This document shows positions 45,327 through 55,503 of a DNA stretch of 57,587 nt, one piece after another. This DNA comes from a virus. Lineage: Duplodnaviria > Caudoviricetes. Position 1 is the stretch's first letter, and every line of letters starts with the position of its first letter. The position numbers were made by a program, and so were the translations under genes. The stretch is taken from the IMG/VR virus record IMGVR_UViG_3300048853_000105, positions 1 to 57,587 of that record. One strand, given 5' to 3'. The notes beneath the pieces were generated by a model that made no database searches, was not told the DNA's origin, and was given only the letters and a program-made list of their open reading frames with translations.

Positions 45327-47722
45327 TGGCAGACGAGATAGAAAATAAAGGAACGCAGGATGCATCAACTGACTTACAAAAAGTTGCTGGTGTTAGATCT
45401 GATCATAGGGTTATGATGATCGACCCTGTTACAAGAAGGTTTGTTTACGCAGAGCCCGATCAGCTACCTGTTGGTGAAGGAGGTGCTCCAGTTCAGGTCG
45501 CGCAAGCTTACACAAATGCGTTACTGACAAATTATAGAGTGTCTGAAGGTTATAGAATCGATGTATTAAATAAATATACAGGCAGGGGACAATATATTTA
45601 CGAGGCAATTAATAAGTTTGATGGTACACGGATAACTGAAGCTGATGTTGATAACCTTGATGTATTCCAGTTTGACGATGGGAAGTTTGGCTTGCTATTT
45701 TTGCCAAAAAACGCAGTTGATACTAGGGATTATGGAGCTAAGATAGATGGAAACACCGATGATTCTTTCGCAGTGCAAAGGGCTATTGATGCCACGTTAA
45801 AGAGAAAAGGTGGCGAGGTGTACTTTGCATCATCAACGAAGGGGTGTCTTATAGACAATCCGATATACGTAAATACAAATGAACAGGTTCCGATTAGCTT
45901 AGTTGGCGCCACCAATAATCAAAGAGATAGCGAGGACGGTTCAACAAATTATGGATCGACAATAGTAGTGAAAAGGCCCTTAACGGTATTTAACGTTAAC
46001 TTAAAGGCTGATGGAAGCTCTTTTATTGCCATAAATGATCAATATGTAGGTTTCTCAGCTAAAAACATCTCGTTCAGCGGAAAAAATTCAGTTAGAAATA
46101 TTATTGGATTTAAAATGTTTAGAACTCGCTCTAAAATGGAGAATATCACCGGCAATAGAGTAGATTATGTTATTGATCAACCTCCAACAGATGTTAATGG
46201 TGCATCTAATTATTGTGATATGTCTATTTATATCGCTCTTAGGTGTGTACAATCCCGTTATTCAGGATTTAGGTTTAGCTACAATGATTCAAGTGTTGTA
46301 GATGGAATCTATATGGAAAATCCAAATAGCACATGCAAATTCGCTATAGAAAGATTTGCATGTTCAGGAATGGTAATAAATGGATTATTACTAGGTATAA
46401 GCTTGAATCATGCAACTGTGCCTGGAGGAGCATTTGTTAGAGATCAGTCTTGTAATAGTTGCGTAACAAATGGCATTCACATTGAAAGCTCGAAGTTTGA
46501 GACGATGTTCGATTTGTTTTATTGTATTGCTCCCTCCATTAAAGGGCTACATACAAGATTCTTCCATAACAATGCTTTCAAATTTACTAATTGTAGAAAC
46601 CCGAAAATAGAACTTTGGGATGGATTTGCCAACCTCAATCCAGGGTACTTTGATATCCAAATCCTAGGAACTGAGACTGAGAATGCGAATATAATATTTG
46701 AGGGATGTGAGTTGACTAACTATCCAAGTAGAGCCGTTAGACAGCCCGTGGTTGGCACAAATGTAATGGGTGGACTCATAGCCAATCCATTTAAAACGCA
46801 ATTCATTGGTCCGATTGCAGCAGCCGGAGGTGAAGGATTTTACGAAAAAGCAGCACCTAAATTAACTGCGTCAGGGAATAACGACTGGTTGGCTTCGTAT
46901 ATATCTCTGCCTTATTTCAATGATGGTCTTTATTCTAACATCATTCATGCGGCCTTTTTAGCTAGGTTGTCACCTTTTGTTTACCGAGGTGCCTCAATGC
47001 CTTCAGGCAATGCATTTGAAATACGTAACGATGCTGGGGCACTTCTAGGGAGAATCTCAGGGGGCGCAAATGCTGTTCTGAATCGATATTTTGGAGCTAC
47101 CGGAAATACATGTTGGGACATGTCTACCGACGAAACGAAATATCTTCTTTCGGGTGTTTCTCGTATGAGGTTGTTAGCTAATGGCAGAATTGTACTTGGT
47201 TCAGCTACTGATGATACTGGATCGGCAATACAGCTTGGAGGATCTGTTTCCTTCATACCAGCTATTAAGGCGGTGAACCATGTTTTAGCGTCTTTGGATT
47301 ATGCGGTTTATTTTGATGCATATTTATCACCCTTAGTTGCTGATCTGCCATTTGCTTCTACTTGTAAAGGCAGGGTTTACGCGGTTAAGAAAGTTGATCC
47401 TAGTTCAAACCCGGTAACAATCCAATGCTTTGGCTCTGAGACAATCGACGGCGCGAATAAAATCCTCTTAAAGTCTGTAAATGCTTCGGTGTATATTCAA
47501 TCTGATGGAATCAGTTTCAAGGTTATTGGATCGCACAAGTTCAATGTATCCACTAAAGACGTGACTACAGTTGCGTACACCAGAACTACAATCAATGCCG
47601 CTTATCCAAATGCTAAGGAAGATGATGTTATAATTCAAGATGGCGCTGGTATGACTTATATCAAAAAAGATGACAGCCCAACCGGAAACTGGTCAGTTCG
47701 CACTTCAAACCAACTCTCTTAG
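45326..47722 (+). CDS. Tailspike with pectin-lyase-like beta-helix (putative depolymerase)
   Basis: RDYGAKIDGNTDDSFAVQRAID..GGEVYF. Confidence 0.8.
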   Translation: MADEIENKGTQDASTDLQKVAGVRSDHRVMMIDPVTRRFVYAEPDQLPVGEGGAPVQVAQAYTNALLTNYRVSEGYRIDVLNKYTGRGQYIYEAINKFDGTRITEADVDNLDVFQFDDGKFGLLFLPKNAVDTRDYGAKIDGNTDDSFAVQRAIDATLKRKGGEVYFASSTKGCLIDNPIYVNTNEQVPISLVGATNNQRDSEDGSTNYGSTIVVKRPLTVFNVNLKADGSSFIAINDQYVGFSAKNISFSGKNSVRNIIGFKMFRTRSKMENITGNRVDYVIDQPPTDVNGASNYCDMSIYIALRCVQSRYSGFRFSYNDSSVVDGIYMENPNSTCKFAIERFACSGMVINGLLLGISLNHATVPGGAFVRDQSCNSCVTNGIHIESSKFETMFDLFYCIAPSIKGLHTRFFHNNAFKFTNCRNPKIELWDGFANLNPGYFDIQILGTETENANIIFEGCELTNYPSRAVRQPVVGTNVMGGLIANPFKTQFIGPIAAAGGEGFYEKAAPKLTASGNNDWLASYISLPYFNDGLYSNIIHAAFLARLSPFVYRGASMPSGNAFEIRNDAGALLGRISGGANAVLNRYFGATGNTCWDMSTDETKYLLSGVSRMRLLANGRIVLGSATDDTGSAIQLGGSVSFIPAIKAVNHVLASLDYAVYFDAYLSPLVADLPFASTCKGRVYAVKKVDPSSNPVTIQCFGSETIDGANKILLKSVNASVYIQSDGISFKVIGSHKFNVSTKDVTTVAYTRTTINAAYPNAKEDDVIIQDGAGMTYIKKDDSPTGNWSVRTSNQLS

Positions 47723-50700
47723 ATGTACGCCACACTTCAAATCTATCGCAATGATCTGCCGCACCTGGCTGTCAACATAGACGAAAACACCTTCTTCTCA
47801 CAGGTAGTCATGGGTGAGCATATCATATCCAGCAGCTTCATTTCTTCAGAGCCGCTGGATATTGACGAAGGTGACTATGTGCTTTTTGGAGGTGAACGTT
47901 TTAACGTCAACAAAACACTTCCGCCACTTCGTAAATCAGCTAAGAATGGACTTGAATATACACTCAACTTACAAGGCTACATCTATGATCTTCACTACAC
48001 AGCTTACAGGCATTTAGGGTCTGCAGAGTTTGAATTATTCGCTACCGCCTACGTGTTCATTGGAACCATAGTAGAGTGTTTAAATAGGATATCCTCTGGC
48101 TGGTCCATTGGAGTTATTGATGCAACAGAACCTAAGCTGATTCAATTCTTCGAAAGTGGAAAAGGTTTCTCATGTAAAGGTGCTCTTATTAAAATAGCAG
48201 AAGCGTTCGGTCTAGAGTTTTGGCTTACTGGTAAGACACTCAATCTAACTGCGCAAGCCGGAGTTGATACGAACATCACATTTGAACAAGGTAGAGGACG
48301 CGGCCTTTATGAAATCTTTAGAGGTGAGATCAGTAATGAGCTATATTTTAATCGCCTGTATATCGAGGGGTCAACTCGAAATATCCCAGTGGGATATCGA
48401 GGGGGAATGAAACGGCTGCAGATTGACGTGCCACATTTGCAACTTGAAATACCTGCCGGTAAGAGGATTCGAGAATCGCCTACGGTTTTTGTTGATGATA
48501 TCTTTCCAAAGCGCGTAGGCACCATTACCGCAGTAAGCGTTGATCAGATAACCATTACCGATACAACCATTGACTTCGATCTTAATGGCCAGAGAATAGA
48601 AGGGCAGAAGTCAACAGTTGAAATGCTTACCGGTGAAAACTCGGGACGATCATTCGAGATTGATAAGTATGATCACGCTACTAAAAGCATAAAACTTGTA
48701 AAAATTACTGAAACAAACGGCGAAGTAAGACCAAATACAGTTTTCAAGATTAAAGCAGGTGACCAGTATTTCTTTGCCGGCATTAAATTGCCAGATACTT
48801 ATGTAGCAGCAGCCGAATCTGAACTTAAAGTACGAGGCATGGAGTTGCTACAAAAAGCAGCCCGGTACGTACCGCCATACACTGTACGTGTATCAGATAA
48901 GTTCATGCGCGACAATGGTCTTAAGATCAACGCTGGTGACCGCGTAAGGTTGAAAGATGCTGCGCTTGGGATTGATGTAAAAATCCGGGTGTCATCTGTT
49001 AAGTTTCCGCTTGTTGATCCGTACAGTGTCGAACTGTTGATTAGTGATGTGATTCCTTATTCTCCTGAAGAAAAAACCATCATTGAGATTGACAAAGTTA
49101 AAAAGGAGACCGTAGTTGTAAGAAAGCGGAGCACCGAGATGTCAAGGTTAAACTGGAAGGCTACAGCTGAACTTGCAACGTTGCTTGATACGCTCCGCGC
49201 TGAGATGCTGCTTATCATGGTCGAGGGTGGCCAATACAATACAGGAATAATAGCAGAGGTTGACAAGGATGGCTTTGCCACAACAGCTGGTGAGATAATC
49301 CATGATGAATATCTGGATAATGGCGGTAAATGGAACGCATCACCTTTCTCTGGGTTGATTCCTACGTCATCAGCGCACTACGTTTACTTTAAAGCCGATA
49401 GAAATACAATGGCTGCTGAGGTCGTGTTATCAGCTACTAAAATTGCAGTTAACGAGACTGCAGGCTTTTACTACTTTCCTTTTGGAGTTATATCCTCAAT
49501 AATAAACAACACTCGTGTTTTTACTTCAACTAAGGGCTACACGAGAATAACAGGCGGTAATATTACAACCGGACGTTTGATGTCTAATGATGGGCTTACT
49601 TGGCTGGACTTAGATACAGGGGAGATCAGAGGTAAGTTCACGTTTACAAGTGGAGCAGATGTAGAGGAAACGATCGAGAATGTCGCTGCTGAAAAAGTAA
49701 ATGAATTAGCAGATGGTTTGGGAGCTTTGGCATACAAGAATGCTGTTGAAAAAGCTCAATTAGGGTCTACTATTATCCAAGGGGGGTATATCCGGTCCGA
49801 GTTGATCGAAGTGATAAACCTTGTTGCACGTAACCTGATCACAGGTAAGTGGAGAATTACAGCCGCTGCAAATAACATCAGAATGGTTGACGAGGAGACG
49901 AACAAAATAATAATGCTCCTAGATGATGATAGCGCCTACGAAGGGTTTTACTTTTCATTGAGTCCTCCAATGAATAACCCGGATGGGTCACCTGACCCTA
50001 ATTACTTAGGTAATACTATACGAGTAGTAAATGGCGCTGATGTAATGTACTACAAGTACGCAAAAAGGGGGCCGGGTATGACTATTGGCACTCCTGGTAC
50101 TGCCACCACGTCTATTGGCCGGGCAGGTGTAACCTCCACAGACAACAGTGGTGTAATTCAGATGGAAACTAAGATTGATTTTGAGACTGGCCGGGGATCA
50201 GTTAATCATAATGTGTCTGATGGCCTGTTTTATACCGGCATTGAAAATAAAACATCGGGTCTAAGAGAAAGCGTACAATTTAAAATTGAGGTAATCAATG
50301 GCAAAAGATGCGTTGTAGCTGATGAAGTGCAAGTCAATCCGGAACGAATGTATAATCCGAATGTGGTTGCTGATGCAGGTGATAATGGTACCGACAATGG
50401 TGGTGTACTAAACCCTGTTGATCCGCCTGACGAAAATCCTCCAACCACTTCTAGTACCTTAAACGGCAATGGCTTTCCCTTCGGTGTAATGGTCAAAGGT
50501 GGTTTTCAAACTTATATCGCTGGATTTGAAGTTGCTAAGTTTCACGCCAGGTCACTGACCGAGGAAAATAACTGGAAAACAAAGAACAGATTATCTACCG
50601 ACGACAACGGGGATATGTACAATTCAATCGTATCGAATGCACTCTGGGCGAAAGCAAATGGCAAGAAAATAACCATACATACCGGTTGGTGGCCGGGGGA

Positions 50701-51490
50701 TGCTAACGAGCCATCTCGAATCAAAGCCTTTTATGCAGACCCGACAATACCCCTTGCCACTAAGGAGGCGGAATTCAAGTGGATGATACAAGCGCCTTTG
50801 CTGTTCATAAAGAATCGGCCTGATCTGGATGGCATTGTTGAAAATTACGATGTTTTTAATGAAGCTTTCAACGAGGGTCCGGTAATGAATTCGACTGGTC
50901 AGATTTGGAAACCAAGTGTAGTCACTGATGCGCTTGGGGTTGGATGCTATAAACGAGCAATCCAATACGCCAAAGAGGCTGATCCGCGTGTGAACATTCT
51001 GATAAACGATTATGGAATTGAGCATCGTTGGGTGAAACTTGATGCTTGGATAAATTTCGCTAATGAATGTAAATCTGAAGGCATTCCTTTAGACGGATTC
51101 GGATTTCAACTGCATGCGCAGGCAAGCGTAGGAATGTCGGGTATTGTAGAGAGCCTGCAAAGAATGGTTGCCATAGGAATGAAGATCAGATTTTCAGAGG
51201 TTGCATTGTCGATGCTGTACATGGAAGGTTCAGAAGAGAATTTTACGCCTGAAATGGAAGAAATTCAAGCCAACAAGTATGTGCAGCTTATTGACGTAAT
51301 AATGGATAATGTGCCTAAAACCCTATTCATAGAACTTGCTACGTGGGGAATTGTCGAAGACGATTACATGGGAAACCACATCAATGAACACGCTATGCTA
51401 TTTAACAATGATGGCACGCCTAAGCTGGCTTACCTACGAATGGTAGCCAGAATGAAGGAGCGTAACTCCTATAGTCAATTACCACTTTAA
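47723..51490 (+). CDS. Tail hub/tip protein with C-terminal GH10-like domain
   Basis: GRGLY..GSTRNIP..DDIFPKRVG; C-terminal DVFNE, INDY, DGFGFQLH, FSE, TWG. Confidence 0.8.
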   Translation: MYATLQIYRNDLPHLAVNIDENTFFSQVVMGEHIISSSFISSEPLDIDEGDYVLFGGERFNVNKTLPPLRKSAKNGLEYTLNLQGYIYDLHYTAYRHLGSAEFELFATAYVFIGTIVECLNRISSGWSIGVIDATEPKLIQFFESGKGFSCKGALIKIAEAFGLEFWLTGKTLNLTAQAGVDTNITFEQGRGRGLYEIFRGEISNELYFNRLYIEGSTRNIPVGYRGGMKRLQIDVPHLQLEIPAGKRIRESPTVFVDDIFPKRVGTITAVSVDQITITDTTIDFDLNGQRIEGQKSTVEMLTGENSGRSFEIDKYDHATKSIKLVKITETNGEVRPNTVFKIKAGDQYFFAGIKLPDTYVAAAESELKVRGMELLQKAARYVPPYTVRVSDKFMRDNGLKINAGDRVRLKDAALGIDVKIRVSSVKFPLVDPYSVELLISDVIPYSPEEKTIIEIDKVKKETVVVRKRSTEMSRLNWKATAELATLLDTLRAEMLLIMVEGGQYNTGIIAEVDKDGFATTAGEIIHDEYLDNGGKWNASPFSGLIPTSSAHYVYFKADRNTMAAEVVLSATKIAVNETAGFYYFPFGVISSIINNTRVFTSTKGYTRITGGNITTGRLMSNDGLTWLDLDTGEIRGKFTFTSGADVEETIENVAAEKVNELADGLGALAYKNAVEKAQLGSTIIQGGYIRSELIEVINLVARNLITGKWRITAAANNIRMVDEETNKIIMLLDDDSAYEGFYFSLSPPMNNPDGSPDPNYLGNTIRVVNGADVMYYKYAKRGPGMTIGTPGTATTSIGRAGVTSTDNSGVIQMETKIDFETGRGSVNHNVSDGLFYTGIENKTSGLRESVQFKIEVINGKRCVVADEVQVNPERMYNPNVVADAGDNGTDNGGVLNPVDPPDENPPTTSSTLNGNGFPFGVMVKGGFQTYIAGFEVAKFHARSLTEENNWKTKNRLSTDDNGDMYNSIVSNALWAKANGKKITIHTGWWPGDANEPSRIKAFYADPTIPLATKEAEFKWMIQAPLLFIKNRPDLDGIVENYDVFNEAFNEGPVMNSTGQIWKPSVVTDALGVGCYKRAIQYAKEADPRVNILINDYGIEHRWVKLDAWINFANECKSEGIPLDGFGFQLHAQASVGMSGIVESLQRMVAIGMKIRFSEVALSMLYMEGSEENFTPEMEEIQANKYVQLIDVIMDNVPKTLFIELATWGIVEDDYMGNHINEHAMLFNNDGTPKLAYLRMVARMKERNSYSQLPL

Positions 51491-51501
51491 ATAATACAAT
51501 T

Positions 51502-52863
51502 ATGAAAAATTTATGTAAATCCTTCCTGGCATTGATGCTGGTCTTAACCTTCAACCAGTGTACGCCTCCCGGAAATAGTTCCAGCAACCCGCCGACTGAT
51601 ACAATCGCACAGGTCAAACCTCCAGTTATTTTGCCCCCGGTCATCGTCGATCCTGCGCCAGATCAAAAACCTGAGCCTCCGATCGTGCTTCCGCCTGTAG
51701 TTGTGCCCGATCCACCAAAAGCAGAGCCTATGCCGGACCCGGAAGTTCAACAGCCCGACAAACCTGTCGAGGTCAAACCTGAACCTTCAAAGCCAGTAGA
51801 GGTAAAGCCGGATCCGGTAATTGAAGTTAAACCACAGCCTACACCTGTAGAGACTCCAAAACCAAATCCGGTAGTTGTTCCAACACCCAAGCCGGACCCC
51901 AAGCCAGAGCCACTACCTCCTGCAGCTAGAACATTAAGGGATTCTCCTATCACTTGGGGCGTAGCGTTTAAAGAATCAGACTTAACCAGGCAAAAGGTTA
52001 TTGATGAGACATACAAGCACTTTAGGTCTGTCACGGCTGAGAATGGGATGAAAGCAGGTAAGGTGCAGAAAAAAGAAGGGGTGTTTGACTTTACCCAAGG
52101 CAAAGCGCTGGTTAAGATCGCGAAAGCTAAAGGTTTACGGGTGCATGCTCATGCCTGCTTTGTATGGCCGTCACAAGAAAAGAACCTTCCTGCATTCTGG
52201 CATGAGGCTGCAAAGGATAAAAACAAATACATCGCCTTACTTAAGAACACCGTCCAGACATACGTCCGCACGTTTAAGGGTGATATTTCCGGTATTGACA
52301 TCATCAATGAGGCTCATGAAAATGATGGCAAGCTTCGACCATGTTATGCACTCACCCACATGGGGGAGACATATCCAGAGCAGATCGCAAAGTGGGTGAA
52401 GGAAGTTGATAAGGAGGTTAATATCTTCATTAGCGACTTTGATTATGAAAACCTGAGCCATAAAACTACTGTAGTCATTAAGTATGCCGGGGATCTTAAA
52501 AAGAAAGGCCTGGTAGATGGCCTTAGTTCTCAGATGCACACCGGCATCAAGATGGACTACAAGAACTACAAAAAGCGTCTTGATGAGATGGCTAAGCAGA
52601 ATTTACTTGTACATATTTCTGAGCTGGACTTAAGGGTTAAGTTTGATATACCAGAGGCTGACAGGGCCGAGAAGTTCAGGGAGATTGCAACCGGATTTCG
52701 CACGCTGCCAACAGGATTGCAATATGGCATTACGGTATGGTCACACATACATGAGGGCAATTTCCTCAACTACAAGCTTAGCCCAGCGCAATACGCTCCT
52801 GTAATCTTTAATAAGAATTATGAAGGAGGACTTGTTCTTGATGCTATCTTAAGTGTTAAGTAG
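51502..52863 (+). CDS. Exported (probable lipo)protein with Pro-rich stalk and GH10-like domain
   Basis: Signal peptide to Cys20; TAENGMK, VHAH, DIINE, DGLSSQMH, HISELD, ITVW. Confidence 0.85.
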   Translation: MKNLCKSFLALMLVLTFNQCTPPGNSSSNPPTDTIAQVKPPVILPPVIVDPAPDQKPEPPIVLPPVVVPDPPKAEPMPDPEVQQPDKPVEVKPEPSKPVEVKPDPVIEVKPQPTPVETPKPNPVVVPTPKPDPKPEPLPPAARTLRDSPITWGVAFKESDLTRQKVIDETYKHFRSVTAENGMKAGKVQKKEGVFDFTQGKALVKIAKAKGLRVHAHACFVWPSQEKNLPAFWHEAAKDKNKYIALLKNTVQTYVRTFKGDISGIDIINEAHENDGKLRPCYALTHMGETYPEQIAKWVKEVDKEVNIFISDFDYENLSHKTTVVIKYAGDLKKKGLVDGLSSQMHTGIKMDYKNYKKRLDEMAKQNLLVHISELDLRVKFDIPEADRAEKFREIATGFRTLPTGLQYGITVWSHIHEGNFLNYKLSPAQYAPVIFNKNYEGGLVLDAILSVK

Positions 52864-52876
52864 GTCTTTTAAGTTG

Positions 52877-52909
52877 AAAAAAGAGACAATTAGCATCTGT
52901 CTCTTTTTT
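52877..52909 (+). terminator. Terminator after tail operon
   Basis: AAAAAGAGACA / TGTCTCTTTTT. Confidence 0.75.
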
Positions 52910-52994
52910 AATGCCTTATGATTTCCAACTCGTAAGGTTTTAGAAATCAGTGGCCTTCAGGTAGGCGGTAAATTTGTACATCAACAAGAGGTGT

Positions 52995-53621
52995 ATGAAT
53001 TTAACTAAACAACAGATAACTGATATTGCGAAATCCATTAAGGTCGGGTATGCTGCTTTTATGGCTTTTATCGAGGTTGAAAGTAACGGGGAAGGCTTTA
53101 AGAAAGACACCGGAAGAATCGTAATCCAGTTTGAACCTTCATACTTCAAAAAAACCTATACCCAGTGGAGAAAGGCGACAGCAAACACGGTATGGTTAAA
53201 CAACGGCGTAGGAAATCAAACAGTCGAATGGAAGGCATTTAACGATGCTTACAAGATAAGCCCGGATGCTGCGATGCAATCTTGCTCAATTGGCCTTGGT
53301 CAAATCATGGGATATCATTACAAGATGCTTGGCTTTAAAACGGTGGGTGATATGTGGGACTTTGCCAAGGGTTACGACTGCATCACTAAGACTTATGATA
53401 GTAACCGTGGAGAGTACAACCAGGTGATCTTAATTGCCCGGTTTATTGCTGCGAATGCAACACTCCTTAGAACGCTACAAAAGCCAAAGCTAACCATCGC
53501 TGATTTCGACATTATCGCAAAGAACTACAACGGAGCGTACTACAAGGAATTAGCACTTAAGATCGGACGTGAGCCGTACGATAAGACTATGTTAAGGGCC
53601 TACAATAAATACGCTGCATAA
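52995..53621 (+). CDS. Endolysin, N-acetylmuramidase (DUF3380-like)
   Basis: EVES, FEP, SIGLGQIMG, NYNG; TAAATTTG promoter element at 52969. Confidence 0.88.
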   Translation: MNLTKQQITDIAKSIKVGYAAFMAFIEVESNGEGFKKDTGRIVIQFEPSYFKKTYTQWRKATANTVWLNNGVGNQTVEWKAFNDAYKISPDAAMQSCSIGLGQIMGYHYKMLGFKTVGDMWDFAKGYDCITKTYDSNRGEYNQVILIARFIAANATLLRTLQKPKLTIADFDIIAKNYNGAYYKELALKIGREPYDKTMLRAYNKYAA

Positions 53622-53623
53622 GA

Positions 53624-53950
53624 ATGGAAGGTCTAAATCCAAAGGTGACTTTCGAGCAAATCCTTAAGTCACCACCAGTTTACATGCTCATGGTCGCCGT
53701 TGCACTGCTTTCCTTCTTTGTATATAAGTATGGTATGAGCACTGATCAGGTTAATGCAAACTGTGAGGCGGAAAAAACGGAGCTAAGGAAGGAGCTCAAG
53801 CAGGTGAGGGCAGACAATGCTGCTTTCGTCACCGCCATCATGGTTAAAAACGGAATTATTTTACAACAAGCACAAGATAAAAAGGAGCTAGATAGTGCTA
53901 TAGATAACAAGCTTAGGCCTAAAGCACGAGAAATTTTAAAAGAACAGTAA
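53624..53950 (+). CDS. Holin-like membrane protein
   Basis: Single TM plus coiled coil in lysis cassette. Confidence 0.5.
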   Translation: MEGLNPKVTFEQILKSPPVYMLMVAVALLSFFVYKYGMSTDQVNANCEAEKTELRKELKQVRADNAAFVTAIMVKNGIILQQAQDKKELDSAIDNKLRPKAREILKEQ

Positions 53951-53951
53951 T

Positions 53952-54752
53952 ATGAAAATCATCATCAAGGTTATACTTTCGCTCATCGTCCTGGCTATTG
54001 TCGGATACTTCTGCTACGACTATTATTTGAAAACAACAGAGCTTAACCGGGTCAACCAGGCGAACAGCAATGTAACCAAGAAAATTAAGGCTGAGGCTAA
54101 GGAAATCAAGCGAAAAGTTGATGAGAACGGCATTGAAACTGTCCTATTCAATGTGACTAACAACAAAGGCACTGTCTCTGAACTATTGGCGACCAAGGAC
54201 ACCAAAGATGTGATAGACACTACTGCTATGGCTTTAGATATCCGAACTAAGCAGTTAAAGCAGATACTGATTGTAAAGGCCACCTTGGAAACTGAGAACC
54301 TGAAACTTAAAAAGCAACTGGATGCGGCAAAACGTCCATTCTACACCTTTTCTGGTAACGGACTTGATCTTAAGTTTACCCCTCCAAACGATTTAGATAC
54401 TGCAGCTCGTGCTACCTTCAAGGCAAACGTCGGCATAATTGCCTCTCAGTACTGGAGACGTGACTGGTTCCTTGGTTCAAAAAAAAGCATCCTGGCTGTG
54501 AGATCACAGAATCCGGAAATATTCAAGGTGAACGGAGCGGACTTCATCGAGATAGAGCAAAAGCAACCTGCCTTTGGATTAAGAATACAGGCAAATGCTT
54601 CCTATAACATGGAAACCGGACAGTTAGGTTATGGCCCGGCAGCGAGATTCGATGTAGGTAGATTCAGCTTCCAAGGTAGGTATAGTAAGTTTCCTAATGA
54701 TCCGAAGTGGAAGCCCATGGTTAATGCAAGTTATGATTTATTGAGATTTTAG
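53952..54752 (+). CDS. Spanin-like lysis protein
   Basis: N-terminal TM, coiled coil, C-terminal beta strands ending in Phe. Confidence 0.5.
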   Translation: MKIIIKVILSLIVLAIVGYFCYDYYLKTTELNRVNQANSNVTKKIKAEAKEIKRKVDENGIETVLFNVTNNKGTVSELLATKDTKDVIDTTAMALDIRTKQLKQILIVKATLETENLKLKKQLDAAKRPFYTFSGNGLDLKFTPPNDLDTAARATFKANVGIIASQYWRRDWFLGSKKSILAVRSQNPEIFKVNGADFIEIEQKQPAFGLRIQANASYNMETGQLGYGPAARFDVGRFSFQGRYSKFPNDPKWKPMVNASYDLLRF

Positions 54753-54922
54753 TAAAATGAAACTACAAAAGATTAAACCAATAGTAAAACCAATTGCAAT
54801 AACTATAATGCTTGTTTTAGTTACGATTGCCAGACTCAAGCAATATGTAACATTTGGAGAGTTCAGTTTATGGATTATGTTATACTTAATTTATAGTCAA
54901 ATAAACAGAATTTACGTAAAAA

Positions 54923-55495
54923 TTACTTCCTAGACTTTCTTAATTTTTCTACCATTATTTTGTGCTTTAAATCTTGTTTTTGCTGAATCTCAAAAAGGCT
55001 CTTTTCTCGGCCTTCCCTTTCCTTCTTTTGTGAAAAGCTTTCTGGAGTTTGTCCATTTTGATAATAATTATTATTCACTATAACTTGCGGTTCGGATGGA
55101 GTAAGTATTTGCAATAAAGTTAATAGAAGGCTAATGAAAGCCATCAATCCGCCATATTGATCAAGTTTATTAGAGAAAATTTTAAAAAACTCCGACAACT
55201 TTGGATTTATATCAGTAGCAGCTGATGAAATCGAAGATATGGGTGTATTTACATTAACAGATTGCAAAACCGACTTTAAATCGCCTATTTCTGAAGCAGT
55301 AAGTTTAATATTTTCAAGATATTCTTTAATAACATTTCCTTTAGAATCAAAATCAAAAATACCATTTCTCATGTAATTCATTGTTCCGCAGTTTGGACAT
55401 TCGGAGCCGACGTTAGAAATAGTGTTTTTGGTACCCTGGGAAAACCGGAAGCCATTTTCGAAAGAATTCCCACACTTTTTGCATCTTAATTTCAT
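54923..55495 (-). CDS. Zn-ribbon plus TM moron protein
   Basis: CKKC...CPNC; hydrophobic helix. Confidence 0.6.
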   Translation of the reverse strand: MKLRCKKCGNSFENGFRFSQGTKNTISNVGSECPNCGTMNYMRNGIFDFDSKGNVIKEYLENIKLTASEIGDLKSVLQSVNVNTPISSISSAATDINPKLSEFFKIFSNKLDQYGGLMAFISLLLTLLQILTPSEPQVIVNNNYYQNGQTPESFSQKKEREGREKSLFEIQQKQDLKHKIMVEKLRKSRK

Positions 55496-55503
55496 AATAG
55501 GAT

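Noticed and set aside
51610-51920. DNA repeats in gene 51502
   Set aside because: Explained by the Pro-rich protein linker
45326-52863. Diversity-generating retroelement or invertible tail cassette
   Set aside because: No reverse transcriptase, invertase or template/variable repeat pair seen
54757-54933. 58-aa hydrophobic ORF after the lysis genes
   Set aside because: May be a chance ORF in very AT-rich DNA; overlaps the convergent gene end
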